Source of the DNA: Botryllus schlosseri
Lineage: Eukaryota
DNA: 64,000 bases
Assembly (NCBI GenBank): GCA_051294905.1
Contig: CM119371.1
Span: forward strand, 372,001 to 436,000
Direction: 5' to 3'
A model generated the notes under the pieces. The model saw only the letters and a program-made list of their open reading frames with translations, made no database searches and was not told where the DNA came from. This document shows, piece by piece, positions 13,590 through 27,204 of this stretch. The position numbers were made by a program, and so were the translations under genes. How positions within the stretch are numbered: the stretch's first letter is position 1; the number at the start of each line of letters is the position of its first letter.

Positions 13590-14135
13590 TGGTCACATTT
13601 CGAACCATTTTCCCCAGGTAGGTTTCTCAAGTCCAACTTACTAAAAAAGGCGCGATGGTATTTTGAAACAAAATCGTCAATCTCTTTGTTTCTACCAGTA
13701 GCGCTTTTCTTTGAAGTTTTGGGCCTCTCCCTGAAGTGTGTATGTGTATATCCTTGCCTTGCCATACTTCAGCATGACTTTCCGTTGCCAATATTCGCTA
13801 CTGCCCTTGTCTATCGAATGGATTTTTGGTCTCATGTGACTCCGTAACGAAAGTCTATTACGGATGGCTGTCGTACCGACGCTGCCTTGAAACGGAAGTC
13901 TAGTAGGATTTAAGGAATCTGCACATAGAGTCGTTTTCGCGTCCGGCATTCCTGAGTTGTGTAGCGTTTTCAGTCTTTTCTCGTGAACGACCGAATCTTC
14001 CGATGACTTTCTCTTGAAATGTCGTCTGTTTGGACTCAATTTAGGATCGTCATCTTTCGAAGAGTCGATTTTCTTTTTAGCTTCTGCTTTGGGAGCATAA
14101 CGGCTTTACGCTGTTCGTTGATTTCGAGTGCCATC
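13590..14135 (-). pseudogene. RBM28: RBM28 pseudogene copy 1, last (Lys/Arg-rich) exon
   Basis: tttag acceptor at 14136; LSLRSHMRPKIHSIDKG resembles RBM28 LPSHRGPKIRLRDKG, and EIDDFVSKYHRAFF resembles the terminal FNQLVEQYKQKL segment; early in-frame stop and a frameshift. Confidence 0.65.
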
Positions 14136-14325
14136 CTAAAGGAGGAAATCGGTTGAGCGAGAAAATAGTATTTGTATCACGTCACGGTAACTTGATATAT
14201 TTCAAATAATAGTAGGATACTTATTAGTAGGACTGGGTACAATGATTCGAGTGCTCATATCTGGATCAAGTATTAATTGTAATGATCCGAGTACAGCAGT
14301 TGTGAAATTGTGCGATTCTTACAAC

Positions 14326-14739
14326 TAGGGCTTGGCAAAATTGGGCTTCGAGACGAGTATTCGAGTATCAGTCGTTATGACAAAATGACAGTGTGCATTA
14401 TGTCAAAGTTCATATATATATATATCTTTTATGCTACTACAAAGAATATGATATAATATTTTTCGGACCATAACGATTTCATTGCACTTTGTGACAATGC
14501 AGTGGGTTGCTCATGACTTCTGAAATATGGTATTATCAATAACATTGGTAGCTTTCTACTACACGATTCGTCTGCTGCGATACGTCAAGTCGAGGTTTCA
14601 AGGCTTCCACAGTGGAAAATACCATCGCCATTATAATTCGCATTGATAAATAAACTTTCATCGGCAAGGAGCGTTTTAATATCAGTAGGCTAGTCCAAAA
14701 ATTCCAGTACTCGACTCGAATCAATGTGCCCAGCCCTAC
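14326..14739 (-). mobile_element. Family C MITE inserted, inverted, in another family C copy (~14226-15015)
   Basis: tagggcttggca / tgcccagcccta ends; host sequence resumes after 14739 and aligns by eye with 1245-1760. Confidence 0.7.
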
Positions 14740-15829
14740 TCACCAATAAGTGTAAATTTCTAAACGAAAATTATAATTTCGATTTTTCACTGTGGAAGCC
14801 TTAGAACTCCATTGGTCATATAACAGCATACGAAACCTTTCGTACAAAACTATATTAGCGGAAATGATACGTCTGTGAAGTCGTGATCAACCCCACAGCA
14901 TTTGCAATGAAATAGGCATGGTTAACAAAATACCATATTATTTTTAATATGACGTAGAACCGGCATCATATTCTTTGTGGTCGAGTCACTCAGGTACTTG
15001 ATTTTGACAACCCTACTCATGAGTAGTACAAGGAGATTGTCAGTGGTCATCAACTCTCACAAAACATCATTATTCAATAATGAGCGGCAGCATCTCTAAA
15101 TCTATTCGGGAGGCCAACAAGTTACAAACCCCTTGGTAGTGTATTTTTTCACATACTTTTTCAGGCCCCGCCGAGTATAATATTATTTACTGGTATGCAG
15201 ACTACCAATCTGGATAGTTGAAGGTCAAATAAAAACTGGGTTTTTGATTAGTTCAAGTGGATTTTGAAAAGTGAGTAGTTTTAGTTACAGTAGCGCATTA
15301 AAAAACTGGTTGCCAATAGCTGGAAAACTCACGTCATCGTTTTGCGTGAATCGTGATACCGTCTTTGTGTTGCGTGATGTTCTTGCAGCCATTTCTAGCT
15401 CAGAGTCATCACTACAGAGACTGCCGTAGGGGTGATAGGGGTTGAAAGCCTTCCCATTTTAACTAGAAACCCTTACTTTTAGAAGTGACGATTCTGTATC
15501 CAATATTTCCTATCTCGTTAGCGATTGAGTAATTTGTATTATCAGTGCCGCTAATTATCGACAATCGACAGTGCATAGCGGTATGCGATCTAGTCAGTTA
15601 GTTGCAGAGCTTTAATGGTCGTGGTTCCAGTTACGCATCTCGAACACCCAGCAGTTTGTAGGAGTATGCTGGAATATAATATTTTAGGAAGTGGGTAGAG
15701 TTTTATCCTCATTGGCCAAATGATTATGATCAAGTGTTGTAAAGGAAAAATGATACCATAAAATGAAACAGGAATCGACAAAAAGGTAATATCAAAGTCA
15801 ATAAATGTCTGCTTTGCTTGCAGTTTTAC

Positions 15830-16044
15830 CTGTTTTCCCATGAAATTCAACTATGGGCCTCTTGATCGGTACGAAGATGCCAGGATTGTCGTCAAAACTT
15901 TTCGAAGCTTTCAAAGCATGCTCGTGCTTGGTGATGTTAATGAATGCGTATCAGAGCGGTCTTCCGACTCCATCTTTGTTGAAAGTCTTCTCGAGAATCC
16001 ATGATAACTGCATCATGTCGATCTTTGAATTGGGAGAGAAGCTC
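15830..16044 (-). pseudogene. RBM28: RBM28 pseudogene copy 1, RRM4 exon
   Basis: ttcag acceptor, gtaaaa donor; [40 protein letters not shown] matches RBM28 [39 protein letters not shown]; TGA at 15951-15953 plus a frameshift. Confidence 0.9.
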
Positions 16045-17039
16045 CTGAAAACATAACGGAATCAGTTTATCGTAGTACTCCTCAGAGTAAATGAGTTAGT
16101 CACACAAAACGGCTACAGAAAAATATAGAACAGCGCTTCTCTACTTTATCAGCTTGTGTAACGGTAAAATTTCTAAAAATCAAGGTCAACACAGAATGTA
16201 ATGACGACAGCATCATGCAATTTGACACCAAGAATCATAACATTATTCAAATGAGAAATTTGCTACCGTCCGTTTGATAACACACCTGTTATATCAGGTC
16301 TCATTGAAGCCTCTGAGAGACGGGATAAAACCAACAACTCGCTTTTGACCATTTGGTGTATTTTGGAAGAAACGCGACCAAATGTTTGCCAGATATATAA
16401 TACTATCAAACATCGCTAATTTGGTATTTTAGACTGTCTTCAAATTTCGGAAAGTATTTATGACCCATAACTGGTCTTGACCGAGTCGTAGGCTACCTTC
16501 AATCATGGAACAGCGCTTGAAGCATTGTTCGCTGAAGACTTCCAGGTTAGCATAAGGTATCGCCAGGTTAGAAAAGGTTAAGAACCACTGCTCTAGTCAT
16601 TTAGTATACTACCTTGATGATAGCACTTCATAGAACACACACATATTTCAGCAGAGAAGTTGTATCCAGTGATAATCAGTTTAACGATAGACTTGTGTCA
16701 TAGCTATGAATGGAAATTGTTAACATGACGGATCGAATACTCTCAAACAATGCTACTTGTTCGAGGTTCTTATGCGAGGACAGTGGTTCTTAACCTTTAC
16801 TAACCTGGTGAACCGTTACATTAATCTGAAAGCATTTGGAGAACCCCATATTTTCGGCAAGTCACTAATAAGCTACCAGGTAACACATCTAATGCACTAC
16901 CGTACTATAGAATACTGGTTCACTGAATCAACTTTGCATTACCATCACTGTTGAAGGAAAAAAACATATAACATGATGATCACACAACATATATTACAGT
17001 AAATGATTGAGACTTCTGATGTACGAGTCTGGTTCAGAA

Positions 17040-17523
17040 TGACTTGGACAACTAAATAATTCTGGTTGTTTGATTCCACTAATTATAGAATAATGTCGGT
17101 AACATAATTCTAACATAATTAGTGAAATTTTTCTTTGCTCTAATTCTAATCCGATTCCTTAATTCTAATGTATTTTCTGGTTCATCCGGAATTGCTGCAG
17201 GAGAACTGTGCCGTGCAAAACGAGTCGAGCATAGTGTGCAGACATTCGTCAGCGTCATGTTGACGATAATAAGGTCTGATCTGATATGAACAGGACTTTA
17301 TTCCATGTCCAAGCTTCTGCAAATTGAGTAATTCTAATTACAATCTAATTTGGTAAAACTGTGTAACTATGTAACTTGAAGTCTGGCCTAATTTGAAAAA
17401 AAAACGGTCCAGTTATAATTCGAATTCTAGTCTAATTTGGAGAAGAAAAAAAAACTGTGCAACCATAACTCTAATTCTAATCAAATTTCGAAAACCTGAA
17501 AATCATGTAGTTGTCCAAGTCTG
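17040..17523. mobile_element. MITE family E (gacttggacaacta termini, ctaatt-rich)
   Basis: gacttggacaacta...tagttgtccaagtc inverted ends; related pieces at ~30105-30230, ~42100-42280, ~45225-45342, ~53760-54302. Confidence 0.7.
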
Positions 17524-17620
17524 GCTCATAAAACCCCTGTGTTATCGTATGAGCTCCGGTTAGTAGGCACCGCTTCAAGGTAAAATACAAAGCATGCTAT
17601 GAGTTGTGATTCTGACACAC

Positions 17621-17769
17621 CTACAACTTTTTACCGTTCACACTTCTAGGAAGATTGTCAAAATGAAGTCAAGTTGCAGAGAGACATTAGGATTTTTTCT
17701 GTTTGGCCCGTTTGGCATTGTTGATCTTTTCACGTTTCTTCCTTTCTATTGCGTTGAGACCTTCCGCGG
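17621..17769 (-). pseudogene. RBM28: RBM28 pseudogene copy 1, exon leading into RRM4
   Basis: EGLNAIERKKREKINNAKRAKQK..NPNVS..DNLPRSVNGKKL vs RBM28 [45 protein letters not shown]; frameshifted, acceptor lost. Confidence 0.75.
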
Positions 17770-19633
17770 TCAGTGTAGTCAGCATTGCAATTTACTACAA
17801 GTGTTAATCAGATGTGGTTACTTTCGAAGTAGATTCTCGATTACAGCAAAATGATTCACACAATACAGAGGAAAAATCTTGGAAACAATTTTCAACTACA
17901 ACAACACAGATAACTCAGTAAAATAAGTGTTGTAACTTATCTCAAAACTACTCTGTAATTTTCAAAATCAAAATGCAATAGTAAGTACCGTAGTTTGATC
18001 GTGAAGTAGAAGTGGAAGCAGTCATAACATAACCAATTTAAATAGTTACCGGTATACTAAGCAAAACATACTAAAAAGTTTAGGGAATCATAATGGAGTC
18101 AAATGCCATCCAAGCGGAAGCAGTAATCTTCAGAACAAACAAAAACTCCATGTTGAGTGAAAATGAGCTTTCAAAGTTGGTATATAATAGTTGCAAAAAT
18201 TAGGTAAAATACGGTAGTTGAGAATCACTGGGTGATATGAACTCAAACGGGAACTTACCGCTCGGATACTATGATGATTAATTAGGATAAAAATGTACGA
18301 GAATGGGTCTTTGAGAAAAATGTGTCACATGATACCATGCCATAGACTGCAGGTCTATCAGATATAATACAATTTTATACATCGATACGCTAGTGCAGTG
18401 CTTTTCAAGCTTTTTGAATACCATCAGCACTTTTTCTGCAAGATAAATTTCATGGCAACAAACCAACCGAAAATTGTTATACAAAAAGAAAATGTCGATA
18501 CTTAACAAGATTTTGTTTATATGTGCAAGAAGTAGGCGACTGGTTCAGGCTATTAAATTTCTCATTAAAAAGACCACTCTATTCCGTAGTTTTGATTTCA
18601 ACTATAGTGCACTAAACCTTTTTTTGGCGAAATAAGTGTTCAGTTTTGTACAATAACTCCTAGTGCTTGGATATCCAAGTGTTTATAAGAACCACCCCGC
18701 ACTGCTATCCAGAATACAGCGTCTTTCCCTGTGCAAAAAAAGGTTTCCGACAAAGGTCTCACAACCTCCAGGTCGTCGAATGGCTGCAAATCCCGCATGT
18801 CTGTTTCAATGCTTCTCTAATTGGACTTGGAAAGTAAGCTCCAAAACTAACATGAAGAATAAGCACATATGAGATGGATACCCAGTGATACGCTGATAAA
18901 CAGTGACCTTGGATATATGAAAACAATCTGCAAGAAATTCCACAAATTTTACCTGCATATTATCAGACCACTTAGGTGGCGTGGAGATTCAAAATTTTAC
19001 CATTTGGGATCCATACTTTGAGGAGCCGTGACGGGGACAGAATTTGCTTTACAGAAACTTGCAAGTGAGAGTCTGTGACGATGGTATGTATTACTATCTT
19101 CGTGCCACGTGCTAATCGAACCATTTTTACGATAATATGATGATTTCCCAGAAAAATGAAGCAGACAGTTATTTTCAAGTCGTTAATCCCGCGTGTCGCA
19201 AGCTCAGACTCAGCTGATGTACTGTAATATACACATGCCACTACACCCGGTTTTGTATCAGACTTTTTAGTAGGTAATAAATACAGGGCGCAAATAGTAA
19301 TTCACTACGGCTGGCGTGAGACAAAGTTATTGTAAAAGATACGAATAGGTCAAACACGTTTTTTCATTTACGTTTCAACGACCCAGGTTATGGAGCCCCT
19401 GCACTCGAATTTCCTATCAGGTTTATTTGAATTATTCCATAACAAGTACGGTGACAATTATTCACTATTTTCATCCGCATTCATCTGCACCACGTCTCTC
19501 ATCCGCACTGCAAATTTTTCCATCAGCACAAATGCGTACCATCCCACAGGTTGAAGGGCACTGCGCTAGTTCATTTAATGGAGAACATCAAACTTTTGAA
19601 TCGATTTATAAATTCGTAATGTAGGCTATTTAT

Positions 19634-20581
19634 TAGGGATGGTGTGAACCTCTGAAAGGTTCAGGTTCGTGTGAACGTGAACCTTTTTGAGAAGTTCTGT
19701 GTGAACACGAACGTGAACCTCATGACGTCACGTGACGTCATATTGCTAATTTAAACCCTATATTTCAATTAGGTGATTGCCTATATTAATCTACTGTACA
19801 CGATACCGAGCGACGACTCGGAACCACATAATAGCTCAGTACTCAAGTACATATTGACGCTTGAAACGTCGCCAAATGTATCAACTGGGGCAATCAAATG
19901 ATATAATAATCCAATAAAATCAGTATCTTGCGTCACTTTGCCAACAATTTTGACCTGATCGGACAATGTATTCGGCGTCTGAGTATTGTCACATGGATAT
20001 TGAGCAGAGTGTAAAATGGGTTTCTATACTTGCTACCGATTAACAAGTTATAAAGCAGTATAGTCAACACCCCAGTCGCACGGATTTGGTTTTTATGATA
20101 CAGTATACATATGTAGTCAAGATTGACCCCGTACGCCTGCTAAATTTTTACATCAGAAGACGATATCAATCTCATTGATTGGTTGAATAAGGATCATTTG
20201 CTGACAAAATACAGGGTATTTCGCTCTTGATGTCATGTGATTGCGGGTCAAGCTCACAGCACAGAGACACTAAATATGCACAAACGGAGGGCTGGATATT
20301 TCTAGCAAACTTTCGTAACAATACAAGTAAATTTTTGAGATTGTCAAGGGAATGCTTGTTTAGTGTCGAATGTCTATACTGCCAGCCCCATGCATAGAGT
20401 GGCCCGCAGTTGAAAGTCAATATATTTGAACCAAAGATGTTATAATGAAGTGAAAATTGCAATATATGAAAAAGGTTCACAGTGCAGAACCTACCAAGGT
20501 TCTGTTGTGAACGCGAACCTCAAATTTTCCGAGGTTCACACACAGAACACGAACGTGAACCTCACGTTCACACCATCCCTA
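19634..20581. mobile_element. hAT-type MITE, family D (TAGGGATGGTGTGAAC, gtgaac repeats)
   Basis: TIR tagggatggtgtgaac / gttcacaccatcccta; perfect TSD ctatttat (19626-19633, 20582-20589). Confidence 0.92.
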
Positions 20582-21080
20582 CTATTTATCTGCGTCATGT
20601 CATGACAGAGTTCATGCCCTACTTTGGTCTTGGCATACATCACAATCCACAATAATGTAATTACTGGACCAAACTTTTTAAAAGTAACCTACCTCTCAAC
20701 TACTTGAAGAATATTTATATGTTATTGTGTAACCGAAGAAGATTGTAAACCAAATTCGTTACATATTGACTCTACCTTTTGGAGAGATCTGTGAGTATAA
20801 TGGAGTCTGGAGTCCAGCCCACACCAAAGTTGTTGCCTTTTGAAGAGAAATCCAAGAATCTCAATCAAGTTAGTGCTTTTTAATAGAGCCACATACAACG
20901 AGTGTGATATCAAAAAGGCACTAGCAACTGTCTAATTAAAATGAGCCTCTGATATTTGCTTTCAAGCTGCACACTTGCCTTAAATACGTTTTAGGTTAAT
21001 TTTGATTTTTGATGACTGGTCTAGAGTAGGGCAGAACCATAATACTGAAAATCTTGTATTGGATATTGGCCGTCATGTAC

Positions 21081-21230
21081 CAGTTCGAACGAGACATTAC
21101 CTGCCGCGATACGAATTCCTCTTGTTCTAATTTTCATGATTTCGGTTCTTCTGTTGACTGGGAATCCTTTTCATATCAGTACTGCTCACTGCTTGATACG
21201 CTCGAATTTCTTTCGCGTTCAGGATTTTGC
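21081..21230 (-). pseudogene. RBM28: RBM28 pseudogene copy 1, exon after RRM3 core
   Basis: KILNAKEIRAYQAVS...N*NKRNSYRGR*CLVRT vs RBM28 LKLDGRQLKVDLAVT...TRNLYLAREGLIRAG; AG/GT bounded; two stops. Confidence 0.75.
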
Positions 21231-21403
21231 CTGAAATGGCAGCCATAGATTCAGTTACAGACAGACTTGTACAATCTACCAATCTAGTTAGTTGGTGATC
21301 AACTAACTACTTACTATTCAGTTAGTTCTAGTTGCGGATTCTGAAAAGCGAGTAGTTCTAGTTCTAGCTCATGTTGTGGATTTCATAAGGTTAGTAGTGA
21401 TAG

Positions 21404-21917
21404 CAGGGTTCTAATGACTCGACTCGAGTCACGATTTTTGGTGAACCGACTGGACTCGTGTATTTTGTGCAAATGCATAAAATGACTCAAATCGACTCGA
21501 GTTATTTTGTGCATTGACTCGACTTGTACCCGAGTCATCATACATTACTCGAACCAAGTCACGTGACTCGAGACTAGGACGCCAAGGCAGACATTTCATT
21601 GTAACTTCAAAAAATAGTTAGGTAATCATATTATTGGTATTTCGGCTATCGGTCCTGATACTTGTAAAATAGGGTCTGGAACTGTTAGAATTGAGGAAAA
21701 TTACGATATTATGAAAGCGGGCAATTCTAAATCACTAAAGCACAGTTGAAAAAGTGGGTTGAATCGGATTGAGATCAAAACTTAACAGTGAACACAATGA
21801 CATGGACTCGGACTTGACGCGATGTTGTATTGAAAATGACTCGACTTGACTCAAGTCAAAACTATAAAGGTGAAATAGACTTGTGACTCGGATTCTTCTG
21901 ACTTGGTCACAACCCTG
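21404..21917 (+). mobile_element. Family A MITE
   Basis: cagggttctaatgactc...ggtcacaaccctg; flanks agtgatag/agttgtag. Confidence 0.8.
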
Positions 21918-22288
21918 AGTTGTAGTTGCACAATTATAAAATAAACAACTAGAAAACACGCGTTTTCCTATGAAGTACATCATGATACCGGTGTTCTGTC
22001 GTGATAGGTTTTTGTGGTCATCACTACTGGCAGGGGCATAGCCTGGGTTTGAGGGTCGAAACCCCTTGCCATTTGACGCTCGAAACCAGATCTTATTAAA
22101 ATGCAGTTTCTATCTCATCTGCAATGCAAAGTTTGTATTATAATCAGAGTTAGATGTGTTTCATCTAGATAGTATGGGATTTCCAAAGGCCGTTGGGGTC
22201 TACATATACTTGTAGTTGCGAGTTTTGCAACAGTCGCAATAGTGAATTAAAACTAAACACGGACACATCTACTTACATTTTCGTCTCA

Positions 22289-22356
22289 ATTCAGCACGTC
22301 GACGCAGTTTGTCGCTTCTTCCGAGGTTTTGAATTGGACGAGGGCACATCTCTTGG
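22289..22356 (-). pseudogene. RBM28: RBM28 pseudogene copy 1, RRM3 RNP1 exon (5' truncated)
   Basis: KRCALVQFKTSEEATNCVDVLN vs RBM28 SKGCAFAQFMTQEAAQKCL. Confidence 0.7.
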
Positions 22357-22744
22357 TCATTTTTCTCCGATTAAACTCCCGAAATAACCGTCTCTTGTCG
22401 ATTCGTTCCAAACTTCGCAAAATTCGCGGTCTTTTGGGGTATTTTAGACTAAAAAGAAGGACAAATTACCAAAAAGATGGAATTTTGGGCGAACGGAGAA
22501 CAGTTCTTGAAAAAGGAGGACAAATCCTCCTAAATGTGGACGCATAGTTGGAATTTTATGCTTTCTAATTGAGAATCCTTACTGACTACTTTGACCACCT
22601 CTGCATACCGTCCACTTTTCCACTTATTGTGACGTCAGGGTCATAATATGAGTGCGTCACACATATATTCCTCACCATGTTAGTTATGAAAGCAGGCAAC
22701 AATCTGCACCACCCAAGAAACGTGGACTGCAGATTTGCACAAAC

Positions 22745-23476
22745 TAGGGATGGTGTGAACCTCTGAAAGGTTCAGGTTCGTGTGAACGCGAACGTGAACA
22801 TCATGACGTCACGTGATGTTATATCGCTTATTCCAACCCTACATTTCAGTGATGAGATAGCCTGTATTAATGTCCACGCTGCCTAGCGGAGACTCGGGCC
22901 ACATAGTACATACTGTCTTTTTAAACGTCGCCAAATGTATCAACTGGAACAATCAAATGATATAATAATTCCATAAAATCGATATATTCCGTCGCTTTGT
23001 CAACAATTTCGACGAGGACTTCCAAGGGAACATAAGCTTACGCCTAAACGGCCTAGGCCAAACTGGAGAATCAGTGGTGCTATGTTGATATTGAGCGAAG
23101 TGTGGTATGGGTTTTACCCCAATACCAAGTTATACAGCATTAGCCAACACCCCAATCGCACGGATTTAGTTTTTATGACACAATAAACATATACGCGTGC
23201 TGGATTTTTTTAAATCAGACAATTTTTGAGATTGTCAAGGTGTATGATGCTCGTTTAGTGTTGATATTTTATGCTACCAGCGCCATGCATAGAGTGACCC
23301 GCAGTTGAAATGCAATAAATTTCAACCAAAGATGTTATAATGACGTGGAAATTGTAATATATTAGAAAGGTTCACAGTGCAGAACCTACTAAGGTTCGTT
23401 TGTGAACGTGAACCTATAAATTTCCGAGGTTCACACACAGAACGCGAATGTGAACCTCACGTTCACACCATCCCTA
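22745..23476. mobile_element. Family D MITE, second copy
   Basis: Same TIRs and internal sequence as 19634-20581; TSD gcacaaac/gtacgaac (2 mismatches). Confidence 0.88.
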
Positions 23477-24331
23477 GTACGAACTACCAATCTGGTTAGT
23501 TGACAGTGGACCAACTTCTGGCTATACGCAATGACTCGAGTCCAAGTCGAGTCATTACACAGATTGACTCGAGTCGAGCCATATCCGTACTTTGAGATAA
23601 TGACTCGAGTCAAGTCGAGTCAGCAGAAAATCGTGGTATGAGTCGATCCATGACTCGAGTCATCACAACCCCGATTTCGGTAATGCTCAAGTACAGGTTG
23701 GTTTGTCTACTGGCACTACCGACTCAGTTCGTTACGATTTTAGACTGCTTCTACTTGTACTTCACACTTTCGTGTAAAACTGGCCTACTTACTTCTCAAA
23801 CTTGATGGTTTGTCAAGTGGAAGGTAGTTTGGGGATGAGCTTGCATGATTTTGATGAGCTACATTGGCATGACACGTGGGCGAAATACCCCTGCATCACA
23901 AACACCAAATATATTTTAGAAAATTGCACATAAGCCTACAATTATTTCGTGTCATTTGTCATGCTACGTTACTCACGGAAGTGCACATGCAATTCCGAAA
24001 ATACTCAACTTCGATTACTTGCTAAAAGCATGTAACACGTCTAACAAATCGACTTTTTCAAACTACCTACTCGTGTACTCTTCAGACCTTTCATTTTGTA
24101 CGTACCCTGGACGTAGACATTGAAAATCTATTTGAAATCGAGTGGAAATTTACGGTTATCTTCGACCTCCATTTCAGTTTCTTCCTTGACTACTTAGATC
24201 ACCTAGTAACAAACAATACAGTTTCCAGTTGAATATTTTAACTTGCGGACCCTTATTTTTGGCGTCAAAGTCAGACTGCATATCCCATATTACTCACCAT
24301 CTTAGTAATAAGAATAGGCATCAGTCTACAC

Positions 24332-25896
24332 CAGTGGTTCTCAACCGCCGGTCCGCGACGGCTTTCCTGCCGATCCGCCAAGCATTTTACAATTTTATAC
24401 CTTAATTTCAAGATGCAATATGTTGAAGGCTTTTCCATTGATAAAATTGAGGTAACATTAGGTCTCGAAACATTTGCATGCGAGCGACAAGTATGACATA
24501 ACTCGCTGAAATGCGCAGTTTGCACGATGATTCGTTTTCCATTCATTCATTTTGTGCAGTAGCCAAAGCCCCATCGTAACTGCCGCACCACAAACCTCAA
24601 ATTGAATGGGGGTCCAAATTAAATATAATATAGAGTGTTTTAGTTGAAACTTCATCCAACTTTCTTCAATTTTTTTCACGCTTTGTCCGATTTAGTGTCA
24701 TTAAATCACCTTGATTATTGGGTGCCCTTCTGCCATGAAATACGCATGATTTTTAAGATTAGGCATTTTCGGCGTCAGTATTTCCGCGCCACGACGCACC
24801 AGCACATCATGAAGTTTAGGCTAACATAGGACTGCGTTAAAACCTTGGCCGAAACGACTGCTCTTTGCAATGATTGGAGCCGCATTTCGTTATCTTGGCA
24901 AGAATTATTTTCCAGTGAAGAAATAGCAATTTGGAATCGTGCGTCTTTTAGCTTTCTACGCTTGGGCGATTTCAATATCGATTCACTATATAACACAGAG
25001 TAGGTCATGAATTAATGACATGCAACGAAATAATTATTGCTACGGTCCTGCCCAAATATGTTTAATTTGATTACATGCCCTAAATATTCCAAGACGACAC
25101 CTCACTCAGCTCTACCGGAGAATCTGATAATTCTGAGAGGATAAGAGAAATTATAGCAATATGTACGCAATTAACAATATTATTGACTGATTTGGTCATA
25201 AATTATAGAAAATTTCTGCGCTTCGCGCGATTAGGCCACGTAAACAATATGCCTGCAATAAGTAGAATGGATATGCTCACAAGTACTGGTCAAAGCATTC
25301 ATCTAACTGTTGGGGGCCAAAGACCAATTTTTTTCGAGGGCCTGACTGACAACGTGCCTTTTCGGCACTGGTTTTGTGTATAGCGGTATGGCCAGGTATA
25401 GCAGTTGCCAGGTGTTTTCATGCGGCGCATTGTATTCGTAGTAACCTAGGGTAGAATAGGCTTCGTCTGGTGGTAGTGGGCAATGAACATTCAGCAAGGT
25501 AGCACGATGAGGTGCTTGGTTCGACTCCGAAACACTTTTTCTTTCGATATTGTCGAAAAGAAGAATATTATTCGAGTTGGCGTGATCGGTTAAATTCGCG
25601 GCACACTGCACGACTCTTTGGCGGTAGCACATTTATCTGTGAAAGGCAATTTTAGCTCGACTCAGCAGACTCACTACCGTAAAATCACATGGTTGCTATC
25701 ATGAACATAATTAATTACGATAAAAACACTAAAAATGTCATTCTCTAGCACCATATGCTTGCCAAAAACGGATTCATACTTTACATTTTGGGGTGGCAAC
25801 GATTTCTGAAAGTCCACCGTTTTGCTTCTGAAAGTCCACCACCATATTTTTTGAAATTTTACCGGTCCGCGAGGTGAAAAAGGTTGAGAACCACTG
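24332..25896. mobile_element. Non-autonomous hAT (Charlie/Buster-like) element
   Basis: TIR cagtggttctcaacc / ggttgagaaccactg, subterminal ccggtccgcg; perfect TSD gtctacac (24324-24331, 25897-25904). Confidence 0.9.
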
Positions 25897-26128
25897 GTCT
25901 ACACCACACAAGAACCGTGTATAGTAGATTTATGCTGCCGATTTAGATTGTTGACAGCATACCAACTACAGGCTTTTTATAGTCGGCCTAGTTTTAGTTC
26001 CAGTTCCAGGGTTTAAAAAGTGAGTAGTCCTGGTTGTAGATTTTAGATCTAAAATTCCAGAGTTTACACAAAACTCGCGGCTGCCGACCAGTGATGCAAC
26101 GAGATGCATGTTACAAAATAAGCTCTAC

Positions 26129-26265
26129 CTTGGTATCGTAGATCTGGCCGTACGCCGAGAAATCCTTGGCCAAAACATCTTCCAAAAATTGACAGATTTC
26201 GAACCAACACCAGCCGTCCTTCGTGAACACCGTTAAACGTCTTGGGATCGCCTTTCTTCTCGAAC
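26129..26265 (-). pseudogene. RBM28: RBM28 pseudogene copy 1, RRM3 RNP2 exon
   Basis: KKGDPKTFNGVHEGRLVLVRNLS, then frameshift to LEDVLAKDFSAYGQIYDTK, vs RBM28 [37 protein letters not shown]/GT bounded. Confidence 0.75.
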
Positions 26266-27204
26266 CTAATAACTAAAAGCAAACAAGAATTAAGACCAAG
26301 CGCACACAGCATGGCACTAAATGCCGTTTTGCTTATCTCGTATGGGTGCAGCTATTTTGATAATGCCGCCAATTACGGTATGCTGCCTGAGTAGCAATAA
26401 TTCGGAAACTATAATGAAGTGAGAGACAAGGCGCTAATTTTCGTTTGGATATTATATTACCGTTGTATTGCATAAAATCTCGGAGTAGTTTCATGCTATC
26501 TGGAACAATGGGTAGGGCTTTGAAAAATTGATTGATTCTATTCTGAATCACGCATTAAGCTTCGAGTCGAGTCGAGTATTTGAGTATCACTCATTATGAC
26601 ACCATGACAGAATGTACCTTTCATGCGACCACAAATAATATATTGCCGGTTATCCGTCACATTAAAGATACTTCGGTATTTTTTCGCCCAAACCGATTCC
26701 ATCGCAGTTTTCGGCAATTTTGTCGGAGGATCATAACTTTTGAAATCTGTTATTTCCAGTAACGTTCGTAGCTCTGTACTATGTCGCGTATGCCGCGGCA
26801 CGGCCAATAAAGTTTTCAAGACTTCTTCAGTAGAAATCTATCAAAACTTTAATTTTCGTTATAAATTATCTTTCAAATGCGAGGAGCATATGATTTCAGT
26901 GCTCGAAAAAATCGTATTTTACTACTCGACTAGAATCATTGTGCCCAGCCATAACAATGCGTATAAAAAATGTGAGAGATGTATAGAGCGGACAACAAGA
27001 TGGATAAAAAGGGCAAACAATTACTTCTACTGCAACGTCAACATAGTGTAAGGCTAGAGCTAGGATTGCATTGACTCAACTTGAGTCGGACTCGAGTCAT
27101 TATATTGGATATACAAAATGACTCGACCCGTACTCGAGTCATTGTGCTGTGCATTCCTCGACCAAGTCACAAGACTCATCTACTAGTACCGATACTTGAA
27201 AAAT

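Noticed and set aside
13422..13847. 141-aa plus-strand ORF
   Set aside because: Starts in a MITE and is antisense to the RBM28 terminal exon
15951..15953. In-frame TGA in RBM28 RRM4 as selenocysteine or readthrough
   Set aside because: The position corresponds to Gly, and the same exon and its neighbours have frameshifts and other stops
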